From Nitrospirota bacterium (GTDB taxonomy: Bacteria > Nitrospirota > UBA9217): a stretch of 64,000 bases of DNA. A model generated the notes under the pieces. The model searched no databases and was not told the DNA's origin. It worked only from the letters and a program-made list of their open reading frames with translations. A program made the translations under genes and the position numbers. Where the stretch lies: positions 768,001-832,000 of the forward strand of contig CAWIYV010000011.1 in the NCBI GenBank assembly GCA_963840455.1, in the 5' to 3' direction. This document shows positions 1 through 9,149 of the stretch, in pieces. Within the stretch, counting starts at the first letter, position 1. Each line of letters begins with the position of its first letter.

Positions 1-1088
1 AGAAGCGTGCCGGACAGGTTGTTCAGGAGGAGGTCCATCACCTCAACATCAAAGTACGCGCGCCAGAACTCTTTGTTGAAAGGGCCCTCGTCGGAGGAGT
101 CAAGAAGCTCGCGTTTGAAGTATCCCAGGTCCACGGCCACCCGCTCGGCGAAGAACTTGCGCACTTTGATGTCGAAGCTCTGATACGGTGCGGAAACGCC
201 AATGACATCATAGTAGAGAGAGAGGTCCGTGGTCAGCTCGTTCTGGGGCCGGAACTGCCGGAAGTAGCTCGCGGTGGCATCGATGTTCGCGGCCTGCCAG
301 GCGGTCGAGGCCTTGAGTGAAAGGTCGCGCGGCTCGCCGTCCAATAACCGGTACTTCGCCGCCACCCGGGTGTACGGCTCGAACAGCTGCCAGACCTTGA
401 ACGATACCATGCGGTCGTAGATGGTCGCGTCCTCGGGAGTGAACTCCCGCTTGTCTTTCACGGCGAGAAAGTCGACGCTCATGCCCGTCGCCGGGAGCGG
501 CCGGTAATCGAAGCCAGCGCCCTGAAGGGTATCCTCTCCCCAGTGCGCATTGACCTCATAGAAGTGGACCGCCGCGCCGCCGTAGAGCGTTAAGTTCACC
601 TTCTCGCTCCCCAGGTCCATGGCCACGCCGTCGAAGAACACCGGCTCGTCACGGGTTCCTGACTGACGGCCGATGCGAACCCTCGTGAGATGCTGAACCG
701 GTTCGTTCAGCACAACATTCGCCTCGTAGAGATAGGCGATCGTCCGCTTCCCGTAGGTGTCCCCGACATCTTCGAGAGGATTGAATGCGCTCACGTCCTG
801 GTTGCCGTCCAGGTCCGAGCGGACCGAGCCCAGGAAATGGAACTCAAAGCGGTTGTCCTTCGGCCTCGTGATGTCGAGCCGGAGATCACCAAAGAGATCC
901 TGATCGCTTGTTCTCCCCTCGGAATAGGAGGCGGTTCGGTAAACGTATCTGGCCGAAAGGTAACCGTTCACGGACAGGGATGGGTCGGGTGATGATGAGG
1001 GGGAAGAAAGAACAGCGGGAACTTCATCAGCTGCATAGGTCAGCAACGGGAACAGCAGGGCCATAACAATGACGAGCGATGAACGCAT
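1..1088 (-). CDS. Secreted, probable outer-membrane beta-barrel protein (runs off the window edge)
   Basis: Manual translation MRSSLVIVMALLFPLLTYAADE...NGYLSARYVYRT...DLRLDIT...RVRIGRQ...FFDGVAMDL...LTLYGG shows a signal peptide followed by alternating amphipathic strands. It is missing from the ORF track, consistent with its stop lying beyond the window. Confidence 0.7.
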   Translation of the reverse strand, partial: MRSSLVIVMALLFPLLTYAADEVPAVLSSPSSSPDPSLSVNGYLSARYVYRTASYSEGRTSDQDLFGDLRLDITRPKDNRFEFHFLGSVRSDLDGNQDVSAFNPLEDVGDTYGKRTIAYLYEANVVLNEPVQHLTRVRIGRQSGTRDEPVFFDGVAMDLGSEKVNLTLYGGAAVHFYEVNAHWGEDTLQGAGFDYRPLPATGMSVDFLAVKDKREFTPEDATIYDRMVSFKVWQLFEPYTRVAAKYRLLDGEPRDLSLKASTAWQAANIDATASYFRQFRPQNELTTDLSLYYDVIGVSAPYQSFDIKVRKFFAERVAVDLGYFKRELLDSSDEGPFNKEFWRAYFDVEVMDLLLNNLSGTL

Positions 1089-1158
1089 CAACAGGTCACG
1101 GCAGCAAGATCTGCGACAGGTCCGCACCGGCACGATCCCTCCATCCAAGTTGTTCACG

Positions 1159-1187
1159 ATAATAGAGATACCCGGATAAAATGTCAA
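1159..1187 (-). promoter_or_regulatory. sigma70-type promoter for the barrel gene
   Basis: Minus strand TTGACA-17 nt-TATTAT. Confidence 0.65.
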
Positions 1188-1292
1188 TCGAATTCAAAGA
1201 AATACTGGTCATCCGATGTTGATCGCGACAACCTTTCTTCTGCCGCAATACGAGATGTTTTGCAACATTTTTTGCAACTCCAAGTTTTTCCG

Positions 1293-1321
1293 TTGATTTG
1301 AGTGTTGGTTTCCTATACAAT
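1293..1321 (+). promoter_or_regulatory. sigma70-type promoter for the cytochrome gene (near-leaderless)
   Basis: TTGATT-17 nt-TACAAT, 8 nt before ATG 1330, no SD. Confidence 0.55.
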
Positions 1322-1329
1322 TTGACATT

Positions 1330-2061
1330 ATGGGAAGGAAGCTGTTCGCGATAGTTTTTGTCTCCATCATCGTCCTGGCTCCGCTCGTCCTGAGCGCGGC
1401 GGAACCCCAGTGCCTCGACTGCCATCCCGATAAACGAGAAGGGAACGTGGTGCATCCTGCGATTGAAATGGGATGCAGCTCGTGCCATGTCGGGAACCAT
1501 CAAGGTGAAAAGCCTTCTCCGAAGCTCTCGGCTGCCGTTCCGGACCTTTGCTTCACCTGCCACGACAAGGCAGCGTTCGAAAAGAAGTCGGTTCATACGC
1601 CGGTCGCCGGCGGCATGTGCACCTCCTGCCACAATCCCCATTCGAGCAAGAACGCGAAACTCCTGACTGCCCTGCCGCCAGACCTGTGCTTCACCTGCCA
1701 TGACAAGAGCATGTTCACAAAAAAGACGGTCCATCCTCCGGTTAAGGACGGCCAGTGCACCTACTGCCATTCACCCCACGCTTCGGATCATCCCGCCGTG
1801 CTCACCCAGCCCCTTGCGGACCTCTGCGCCACCTGTCATGACCAGCAGACATCGGGTCGACACGTGATGGCGGCCTTCAGCGCATCCGATACCCATCCGG
1901 TGAAAGGCAAGCCTGATCCTTCGCAATCCGGCAGGGAGCTTTCCTGCACGAGCTGCCACAACCCCCATGCGTCTGAACGGAAGAAGCTTTTTGCGAGCGA
2001 AGAAAAAAGCCCGGGAAATCTCTGCCTCCTGTGCCACAAGAAGATCATGGTACGGCCATGA
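1330..2061 (+). CDS. Periplasmic nonaheme cytochrome c (paired CXXCH / cytochrome c3-like)
   Basis: Signal peptide and 9 CXXCH motifs (CLDCH, CSSCH, CFTCH, CTSCH, CFTCH, CTYCH, CATCH, CTSCH, CLLCH), with HxP...CxxCHxPH repeats. Confidence 0.92.
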   Translation: MGRKLFAIVFVSIIVLAPLVLSAAEPQCLDCHPDKREGNVVHPAIEMGCSSCHVGNHQGEKPSPKLSAAVPDLCFTCHDKAAFEKKSVHTPVAGGMCTSCHNPHSSKNAKLLTALPPDLCFTCHDKSMFTKKTVHPPVKDGQCTYCHSPHASDHPAVLTQPLADLCATCHDQQTSGRHVMAAFSASDTHPVKGKPDPSQSGRELSCTSCHNPHASERKKLFASEEKSPGNLCLLCHKKIMVRP

Positions 2062-2534
2062 AACCCATCCTCTTCTCTTTCTATACCCTCACCCTTGCGC
2101 TCTGGACCGGCGGTATGGCCCTGTTCACCTTCATCGTCACACCGGCGATCTTTCGATCCTACGGGAGGGACCAGGCGGGAGAGATCGTGGGAAAACTTTT
2201 CCCTGGTTACTTCCTCTACCTGCTCGTGCTATCGGCCCTGGCGCTGGTGCTGTTCTTCCTGCTCAGCGCGGACCACGCGTCGCGCCCCATCCGCGCCTCC
2301 CTCTTCCTGCTTGTCGTTGCGGTCATCATCAACGTCTATGTCCTGCTCTCGCTCCACCCGAAGGCGGTCCAGATAAAGCAGCAGGTTGTCTCCTTCGAGA
2401 AGGCAGCGCCTGATTCGCCCGCCCGTAGGGAATTCCGGAAGCTCCACGGCATCAGCGCCGTCCTGAACCTCGCCCTCCTGGCGGACGGCATTGCGCTCCT
2501 TGCGCTCAGTAGAAACTTCGTCAATGGCAGGTAA
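2058..2534 (+). CDS. DUF4149/TMEM205-like membrane protein
   Basis: 4 TM segments, motifs 'FIVTPAIFR', 'AGEIVGKLFP' and 'FRKLHGISAVLNL'; ATGA overlap with the cytochrome stop. Confidence 0.8.
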   Translation: MKPILFSFYTLTLALWTGGMALFTFIVTPAIFRSYGRDQAGEIVGKLFPGYFLYLLVLSALALVLFFLLSADHASRPIRASLFLLVVAVIINVYVLLSLHPKAVQIKQQVVSFEKAAPDSPARREFRKLHGISAVLNLALLADGIALLALSRNFVNGR

Positions 2535-2806
2535 CGATAGCCGCCATACCGCTTCGGGCAGTACAGAGCTCATGTCAACTTCCTGTACGCTGCACGACAA
2601 TCATCCGAACACCGTAAGAAGGAGAGACGGGCAGGACCTGTTGAGAATCGGACCTATCTTCGTCCTCGCCTGCCCGTTGCCTACGAACTTCTTCCTAGGA
2701 ACTATTGCCCCTCAGGATAAGAACTAATCCCAATTTCCTTTTCTCCCTCCCCGAGGTATCCTTGAATCAACAAGAACAAGAGACCACCCTTAAGGAGGGA
2801 CAGAAC

Positions 2807-3175
2807 ATGTTGAACAACGGCGGACAGACGGCAAAGGCAGGGACCTACTGGAACCTTTCGAACGGCAGCCGGGTGCAGATGGAACAGGAAGGCGTGCTTC
2901 CGGGCAGCGGAACGACCCGGTACATCAAGGCGCACGTTGCAGTGATGCTGATGGCGGCACCGGTCATCGGCCTGGTCTTTGCGGTGTTCCTTCCCTTCAT
3001 TGGCATCGTGATGACCCTGAACCTGGTCGGCAAAAAGCTCATTGAAAGCGCAGCATCGGTGGCAACGGGCAGCGTATCCTTCGGATGGCGGCCCATCGAG
3101 GCCTACCTGGCCGGGAGAAAGATGATGAAGGCCAAGAGGACGAAGAGGGCTGAGAAGGATGCCGACAAAGAGTAG
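2807..3175 (+). CDS. Hypothetical membrane protein
   Basis: SD AAGGAGG, MLNNGGQTAKAGTYW..., hydrophobic segment, followed by a terminator. Confidence 0.75.
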   Translation: MLNNGGQTAKAGTYWNLSNGSRVQMEQEGVLPGSGTTRYIKAHVAVMLMAAPVIGLVFAVFLPFIGIVMTLNLVGKKLIESAASVATGSVSFGWRPIEAYLAGRKMMKAKRTKRAEKDADKE

Positions 3176-3201
3176 GTCGGTAACCGGCAACCATGATACG
3201 G

Positions 3202-3228
3202 CGGGACAGGTCGCACTGTCCCGTTTTT
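3202..3228 (+). terminator. Intrinsic terminator
   Basis: CGGGACAG/CTGTCCCG stem + TTTTT. Confidence 0.75.
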
Positions 3229-3364
3229 ATTTGCTAGGGAGCTTCGTGCAGGTTATCCTGCAGAATAGCTGCGTCACATACCCCTCTCCAGTCCTCGTGC
3301 ACAAGAAACAACTTAATTCTTCCCTCGGTTTTAGTACCCCGCTTTACGGCCGTTCTTCTTGAAT

Positions 3365-3453
3365 CCAGGAGCGAGCGATTGCGGGGTGGAGATGGATAAA
3401 CATAACTACCCTGAGGATCGAAGCACCCTGTAGCTAGCTGCAGGGTGCTTCAA
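3365..3453 (+). mobile_element. Repeat family A (IS200/IS605-type non-autonomous element), left hairpin collapsed
   Basis: TGAAT|CCAGGAGCGAGCG ... CCCTGTAGCTAGCTGCAGGG TGCTTCAA; matches the copy at 13214. Confidence 0.75.
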
Positions 3454-3620
3454 CCTCTCGCCTTCATCGTCCTGGTTGTCACGATCATTGCCGGGCTCCT
3501 TCGGATATCGGATCGGCCCGACACAGGGCAAAAAGAATAAGGACAGCCATTGACCGCTGTTTCCCCGCGTCACCTTGGCCTTGCTACGGTGCTAAGCCTC
3601 TCGATGTATCCGCATCTCCC

Positions 3621-3649
3621 TTGACCATTCGCCTATCCTCGACTACACT
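3621..3649 (+). promoter_or_regulatory. sigma70 promoter, leaderless
   Basis: TTGACC-17-TACACT, 6 nt before ATG 3656. Confidence 0.65.
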
Positions 3650-3655
3650 TGAGAC

Positions 3656-5746
3656 ATGCTCTCGGCCTTGTTCAATCCGCAGTCCATCGCGGTTATCGGC
3701 GCTTCTGCGGACGCGAAAAAAGTTGGACATGCCGTCCTTCAGAACCTCATCCAGTACCGCTATAAGGGGCGGCTCATCCCGGTGAACCCCAGCTGCCCCG
3801 AGATCCTCGGCCTCAAAACCTACCCCAAGGTATCCACGGCAGAGGAAAGGACCGACCTGGCGATCATCGCCGTGCCGGCCAAGTTCGTTCCTGACACGCT
3901 CATCGACTGTTCCGTTGCCGGCGTCAAGGCCGCTGTCATCCTGAGTGCAGGATTCAAGGAGGCCGGCGCCGAAGGAACGCGCCTTGAGCAGACCGTCAAG
4001 GACATCGCGAAAAAGCGCGGCATCCGCGTCCTGGGCCCCAACTGCCTGGGCCTTATCAACACCGGGAACGACATGAACGCCACCTTTGCCGGCGGCATGC
4101 TGCCGAAAGGGCGGATCGCCTTCTTCTCGCAGTCCGGCGCGCTCGGCATCGCCATCCTGGACTGGGCCCTCGGGAACAGGATCGGCTTCTCCAAGTTCAT
4201 CAGCCTCGGGAACAAGGCGGACCTGAACGAGATCGACTTCATCGAATATTTCATGAACGATCCCGATACGGACATCATTCTGGGCTACATCGAGGACGTG
4301 GTGAGCGGCACACGGTTCCTCAAGGCCGCGTCACTGGCAACACGGGTCAAACCCATCGTTCTGCTCAAATCCGGCGGCACCGAGGCAGGCGCCCGGGCCG
4401 CGTCGTCCCACACCGGCGCGCTGGCCGGATCGGACGTGGCCTTCGACGCAGCTTTCCGCCAATCCGGAGTGATCCGCGCCTCGGGCGTCGAGGAGCTTTT
4501 TGACACGGCCATGACCTTCTCAGGCAGGAAGCTCCCTGCCGGGAACAGGCTGCTCATCGTCACGAACGCCGGCGGGCCCGGCATCCTCGCTGCGGACACG
4601 GCCGAGCGCATCGGCGTCAAGCTCCCGCAAATGACGAAGGATACGCTCGACGCGCTGATCAAGCAGCTGCCGCCCAGCGCTTCGGTCTACAATCCCGTGG
4701 ACCTGATCGGCGATGCCACGTCGGAGCGCTATGCCGTAGCAATGGAGAAGGCCGTGGCAGACCCCAATGTGGACGGCGTGCTCGTGATCCTGACGCCCCA
4801 GGCAATGACGGACGTGGATAACGTGGCAGATCTCACGATCCGGACGTCGAACACAACGGACAAGCCGATCCTCACGTCCTTTATGGGATCGCTTAGCGTA
4901 CAAGGTGCGGTGGAGAAGCTCAAGCAGGGATCCATACCGAACTTTTCCTATCCCGAGACCGCTGTCCGTGCGTTCAAGAAGCTCGCCGATTACCGGCAGT
5001 GGCAGACCGTGAAGGACGAGGAACTCCACGTGGGCTGGTTCAACGAGGACGCCGTGCAGGACCAGATAGACGCCCTCCTGAAGCGCGGTGTGTACCAGGC
5101 AGGAGAAGAGGAAGCCGTGGCCATGCTCGCTCTGTACGGCTTCAAGTTCCCCCAACGGCTCCTGGCGCGCACGGCAAAGGAAGCCGGAGCAGCAGGCGCG
5201 AAGATCGGCTTCCCGGTTGTAATGAAGATATCGTCCCCCGACATCCTGCACAAGACCGATGTGGGCGGCGTAAAGGTCGGTGTGCGGACCGCGAAGGAGG
5301 CCGAGGAGGCATTCCTGGCCATCACGGCGAACGCCCGCCGGTTCATGCCCGAGGCCTTCCTCAAGGGCGTCATGGTCTACGAGATGGTCAAGGGCGGCAA
5401 AGAGGTCATCCTGGGCGTCACCACCGATCGGACCTTCGGCCGCATGATCATGTTCGGGTTGGGCGGCATCTACGTCGAGGTCCTGAAGGACGTGTCCTTC
5501 CGCATCGTGCCGGTCACACGCCGGGACGCCCAGACCATGGTGGGCGAGATCAGGACCGTGGGGCTGCTCAAGGGTGCGCGGGGCGAGAAGTCCGTTGATC
5601 TTGCCGCCATCGCCGACAATATCGTCAGGCTCTCCGCCTTCGTGACGGCCTTCCCGGAGGTCCAGGAGCTGGACATCAATCCGCTGGTCGTGATGGAGCA
5701 GGGCGCCGTCGCGCTTGACGCGCGTATCATCTTTAAGCATATGTAA
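3656..5746 (+). CDS. acdAB: ADP-forming acetate/acyl-CoA ligase, fused alpha-beta
   Basis: CoA-binding N-terminus (IAVIGAS, GPNCLG), SQSGA, SHTGALAG phospho-His, ATP-grasp HKTDVGGV and ELDINP; no GNAT domain. Confidence 0.9.
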   Translation: MLSALFNPQSIAVIGASADAKKVGHAVLQNLIQYRYKGRLIPVNPSCPEILGLKTYPKVSTAEERTDLAIIAVPAKFVPDTLIDCSVAGVKAAVILSAGFKEAGAEGTRLEQTVKDIAKKRGIRVLGPNCLGLINTGNDMNATFAGGMLPKGRIAFFSQSGALGIAILDWALGNRIGFSKFISLGNKADLNEIDFIEYFMNDPDTDIILGYIEDVVSGTRFLKAASLATRVKPIVLLKSGGTEAGARAASSHTGALAGSDVAFDAAFRQSGVIRASGVEELFDTAMTFSGRKLPAGNRLLIVTNAGGPGILAADTAERIGVKLPQMTKDTLDALIKQLPPSASVYNPVDLIGDATSERYAVAMEKAVADPNVDGVLVILTPQAMTDVDNVADLTIRTSNTTDKPILTSFMGSLSVQGAVEKLKQGSIPNFSYPETAVRAFKKLADYRQWQTVKDEELHVGWFNEDAVQDQIDALLKRGVYQAGEEEAVAMLALYGFKFPQRLLARTAKEAGAAGAKIGFPVVMKISSPDILHKTDVGGVKVGVRTAKEAEEAFLAITANARRFMPEAFLKGVMVYEMVKGGKEVILGVTTDRTFGRMIMFGLGGIYVEVLKDVSFRIVPVTRRDAQTMVGEIRTVGLLKGARGEKSVDLAAIADNIVRLSAFVTAFPEVQELDINPLVVMEQGAVALDARIIFKHM

Positions 5747-5765
5747 GTGATTGCAGGAGGTTCTC

Positions 5766-6830
5766 ATGGTTCCCATCTTTCTGGCATCGACAACACCCTA
5801 TTCGGGCAAGACCCTCATCGCGCTCGGTCTGGCGCTCAAGCTTCGGGAGCAGGGGTTCTCTGTGGGGTATATCAAACCGCTGGGAACAACACCGGTGATG
5901 GTCGGCAAGGACCTCTACGACGCCGACGCGGTTTTCATCAAGGAGGCGCTCGAGCTACCCGAGCCACTCAGTACGGTCTCGCCCTTCGTGCTGGACTACG
6001 AGACCCAGACCCGGATCTTCACCGGTCAAGCGCCCGATGCGAAAGCACGCGTCCTCGCAGCTTTCCGATCGTTTAAGGCAAAGGACTTCATTCTCCTGGG
6101 CGGCCCGGCCAGCCTGTTCGAGGGCGGCCTCCTGGGCATCAATGTCCTGTCGCTCATGACCGCGCTCAATGCCAGGGTCCTGATGATCGAGCCCTGGGTG
6201 GGAGAGCTGACCGCCGACACCCTGCTCGGCATGCGCAAGTTTATGGGAAAGCGTTTTCTCGGCGGGGTGATCAACAAGGTCTCTCCCGCGGCCGCGGGCT
6301 ATGTGAGCGAGACGGTCCGACCCTTCCTCGAAAAGGCAGGCGTCAAGGTCTTCGGCGTATTTCCCCGGGACAAGTTCCTGGGCTCCATCAGCGTCCGGCA
6401 GATCACCGACCTTCTGCATGGAAAGGTGCTCTGCTGCGAGAACGGGCTCGACGAGTTTATCGAGAACTTTTCCATCGGCGCTATGGATGTGGACAGCGCA
6501 CTCAGCTATTTCCGCAGGACGCCGAACAAGGCGGTCATCACCGGTGCACATCGCTCGGACATCCAGCTTGCGGCGCTCGAGACCTCGACGCGATGCATCA
6601 TCCTCACCGGCGGCCTGTCCACGAACGATGTGGTCATCGGCAAGGCCCAGATGAAAGGTGTACCCATCATCTCCGTGGCGGACGACACCTTCACGACCAT
6701 CGACAGGATCGAGGCGACCATCGGCAGGACCCGGATCCGCGAGAAGGCCAAGCTCGACCGCGCGAAGGAGCTCATGGGCATCGAGTTCGACCTGCAGCGG
6801 TTCCTGAAGGCCGCGGCGCGCCGCTCGTAA
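5766..6830 (+). CDS. Phosphotransacetylase N-terminal-like protein (BioD-like P-loop + DRTGG)
   Basis: SD AGGAGG; SGKT, GYIKP, ITGAHRSDIQLAAL and ILTGG. Confidence 0.85.
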   Translation: MVPIFLASTTPYSGKTLIALGLALKLREQGFSVGYIKPLGTTPVMVGKDLYDADAVFIKEALELPEPLSTVSPFVLDYETQTRIFTGQAPDAKARVLAAFRSFKAKDFILLGGPASLFEGGLLGINVLSLMTALNARVLMIEPWVGELTADTLLGMRKFMGKRFLGGVINKVSPAAAGYVSETVRPFLEKAGVKVFGVFPRDKFLGSISVRQITDLLHGKVLCCENGLDEFIENFSIGAMDVDSALSYFRRTPNKAVITGAHRSDIQLAALETSTRCIILTGGLSTNDVVIGKAQMKGVPIISVADDTFTTIDRIEATIGRTRIREKAKLDRAKELMGIEFDLQRFLKAAARRS

Positions 6831-6895
6831 TATTGGGGGACCGGGGCAAGGCTCCTTGGTTCCTCATCCGACCCGCTCTGCAGCAAAGGACCTTT

Positions 6896-8269
6896 ATGGA
6901 CAGAACCTCGATTATACAGCTCATCAAGGACCATCGCTCCTACTTCGCGTCCGGCATCACGAAGGATCCGTCCTTCCGCAGGGAGCAGCTCCTGGTCCTT
7001 AAAAAGGCGCTTCTTGCCTGCGAGCACACGCTCTTTCACGCGCTGAAGGAGGACCTGGGCAAGCCGGCCTTCGAAGCCTATGGCGGAGAGACGGCCATTG
7101 TTGTCAATGAGATCGACCATGCACGGAAGCATCTCGTGTGCTGGTCCCGGCCGCGGCGCGTCCGGATGCCGCTGGCGCACTTCCCTGCCCGGGGCTTCGT
7201 GCAGCCTGAACCCTACGGCGTGGCGCTCATCATCGGGCCTTGGAACTTCCCGGTCCAGCTCATGCTGTCGCCCCTCGTCGGCTCCATGGCGGCCGGCAAC
7301 TGTGCGGTGCTCAAGCCGGCCATCAACACACCCCACACCTCGCACATCCTCGCGAAGCTTATCCGGGAAAATTTTGACCCTGCCTATGTGTCCATCGTCG
7401 AAGGCGGGGCCGAGACGGCACAGGAGCTGCTCGCCGAGAGGTTCGATTGTATCTTCTTCACCGGCGGCCCCGCGACCGGGAAGCTCGTCATGGCCGCAGC
7501 GGCGAAGCATCTCACACCGGTGACGCTGGAGCTCGGCGGCAAGAATCCCTGCATCGTGGACGCCGGCACCCACCTGGGCATCACGGCGAGGAGGATCGTG
7601 TGGGGCAAGTTCTTCAATGCGGGCCAGAGCTGCGTGGCCGTGGACTATCTCCTCGTGGACCGGCGCGTCAAGCAGGAGCTGCTGTCACGGATCATCGCCT
7701 GCATCGAGGAATTCTACGGTGAAGACCCCTCCCGGAGCCCGGATTTCGCCCGCATCGTGGACGAAGCGCACTTCGACCGCCTGCTGGCCCTGCTCGGACG
7801 GGGCGATGTCCTCATCGGCGGCGGGTCGGACCGGGCCAGCCGGTACATCGCACCCACGGTGATCGACGGCGTCACCGGCGACGAACCCATCATGGAAGAT
7901 GAGATCTTCGGCCCCCTCCTTCCGGTCATCACCTACGATGATCTGTCCGAGGCGATCGACTTCGTGGCGGCCAGGCCGAAGCCCCTGGCGCTCTATTTCT
8001 TCTCCCGCGACAAGGTCCACCAGGAGAAGGTCCTCCGCGGGACCTCGTCAGGCGGCGGGTGCATCAACGATACGGTCATCCATGAGACCGTCACCAGCCT
8101 GCCCTTCGGCGGCGTGGGCGACAGCGGCATGGGCAAGTACCACGGCAAGGCGAGCTTCGACGCCTTTTCCCACGACCGGAGCATCGTCAGGAACAATTTC
8201 CTCGTCGACATCTTCCTGCGCTACCCGCCCTACCAGGACCACCTCACGTGGCTCAGAAAAATGTTCTGA
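6896..8269 (+). CDS. Aldehyde dehydrogenase (ALDH family 3-like)
   Basis: PWNFP, FFTGG, LELGGKNP, NAGQSC, EIFGP, PFGGVG. Confidence 0.92.
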   Translation: MDRTSIIQLIKDHRSYFASGITKDPSFRREQLLVLKKALLACEHTLFHALKEDLGKPAFEAYGGETAIVVNEIDHARKHLVCWSRPRRVRMPLAHFPARGFVQPEPYGVALIIGPWNFPVQLMLSPLVGSMAAGNCAVLKPAINTPHTSHILAKLIRENFDPAYVSIVEGGAETAQELLAERFDCIFFTGGPATGKLVMAAAAKHLTPVTLELGGKNPCIVDAGTHLGITARRIVWGKFFNAGQSCVAVDYLLVDRRVKQELLSRIIACIEEFYGEDPSRSPDFARIVDEAHFDRLLALLGRGDVLIGGGSDRASRYIAPTVIDGVTGDEPIMEDEIFGPLLPVITYDDLSEAIDFVAARPKPLALYFFSRDKVHQEKVLRGTSSGGGCINDTVIHETVTSLPFGGVGDSGMGKYHGKASFDAFSHDRSIVRNNFLVDIFLRYPPYQDHLTWLRKMF

Positions 8270-8318
8270 TCTGTTGACCGTCCTGCGAAGGGCATGATGT
8301 CTGCTATAATTCTCTCGT

Positions 8319-9113
8319 ATGGAACAGCCGATCATCCAGGTCGATGCGTTCACCAGCAGGCCTTTTTCCGGCAACCCGGCAGCAGTCTGCATCCTCGAGG
8401 AATTGAAGGACGACCCGTGGATGCAGGACATCGCGCGGGAAATGAACCTTTCGGAAACCGCGTTCCTGGTCAAAAGGCCCGAGGGCTTCGACCTCCGCTG
8501 GTTCACGCCCGAGGCCGAAGTGGACCTGTGCGGCCACGCGACGCTTGCGTCGGCCCATATGCTGTGGGAGGACGGCCGCGTTCCTCGCAGCGAAGAGATC
8601 CGGTTCTTCACGAAAAGCGGCAGCCTGACCGCCCGCTGGAAGGACGGCTGGGTCGAGATGGACTTCCCGGCGGAGCCGGAACGGCGTGAAATGCCCCCCC
8701 CTGAGCTTATCACCGCGCTCGGCATCACGCCCCTCTATACCGGTAAGAACCGCTTGAACGACTGGCTCATCGAGATCGAGTCGGAGAAGGTCCTTCGGAG
8801 CCTTACGCCTGATCTCACCCTCTTGACGACCGTTCCCATGCGCGGCGTCATGGTGACCTCGCGATCGATCACGAAGGGTTTTGACTTCCTCTCGCGCTTT
8901 TTCGCCCCCGCCGTCGGCATCAACGAGGACCCCGTCACCGGCTCCGCCCACTGCTGTCTCGGCCCGTACTGGCAGAAACGTCTCAAGCAGTACACCTTCT
9001 ACGCCTATCAGGCCTCACGCCGGGGCGGTGTGGTCCACGTGCGTGTCGCCGCTGACCGTGTTATCCTCTCCGGCCAGGCAGTGACCGTCATGCGGGGCGC
9101 TCTTCTGCTATAA
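8319..9113 (+). CDS. PhzF family protein
   Basis: QVDAFT..PFSGNPAAV, NLSETAF, EVDLCGHATLA, EDPVTGSAH. Confidence 0.92.
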   Translation: MEQPIIQVDAFTSRPFSGNPAAVCILEELKDDPWMQDIAREMNLSETAFLVKRPEGFDLRWFTPEAEVDLCGHATLASAHMLWEDGRVPRSEEIRFFTKSGSLTARWKDGWVEMDFPAEPERREMPPPELITALGITPLYTGKNRLNDWLIEIESEKVLRSLTPDLTLLTTVPMRGVMVTSRSITKGFDFLSRFFAPAVGINEDPVTGSAHCCLGPYWQKRLKQYTFYAYQASRRGGVVHVRVAADRVILSGQAVTVMRGALLL

Positions 9114-9149
9114 TAAGGAACCATTACGAGCTGCCGGCGGCAGAGCGCT

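Noticed and set aside
1096-1770. 224-aa minus-strand ORF
   Set aside because: Antisense shadow of the cytochrome that runs through the promoter region.
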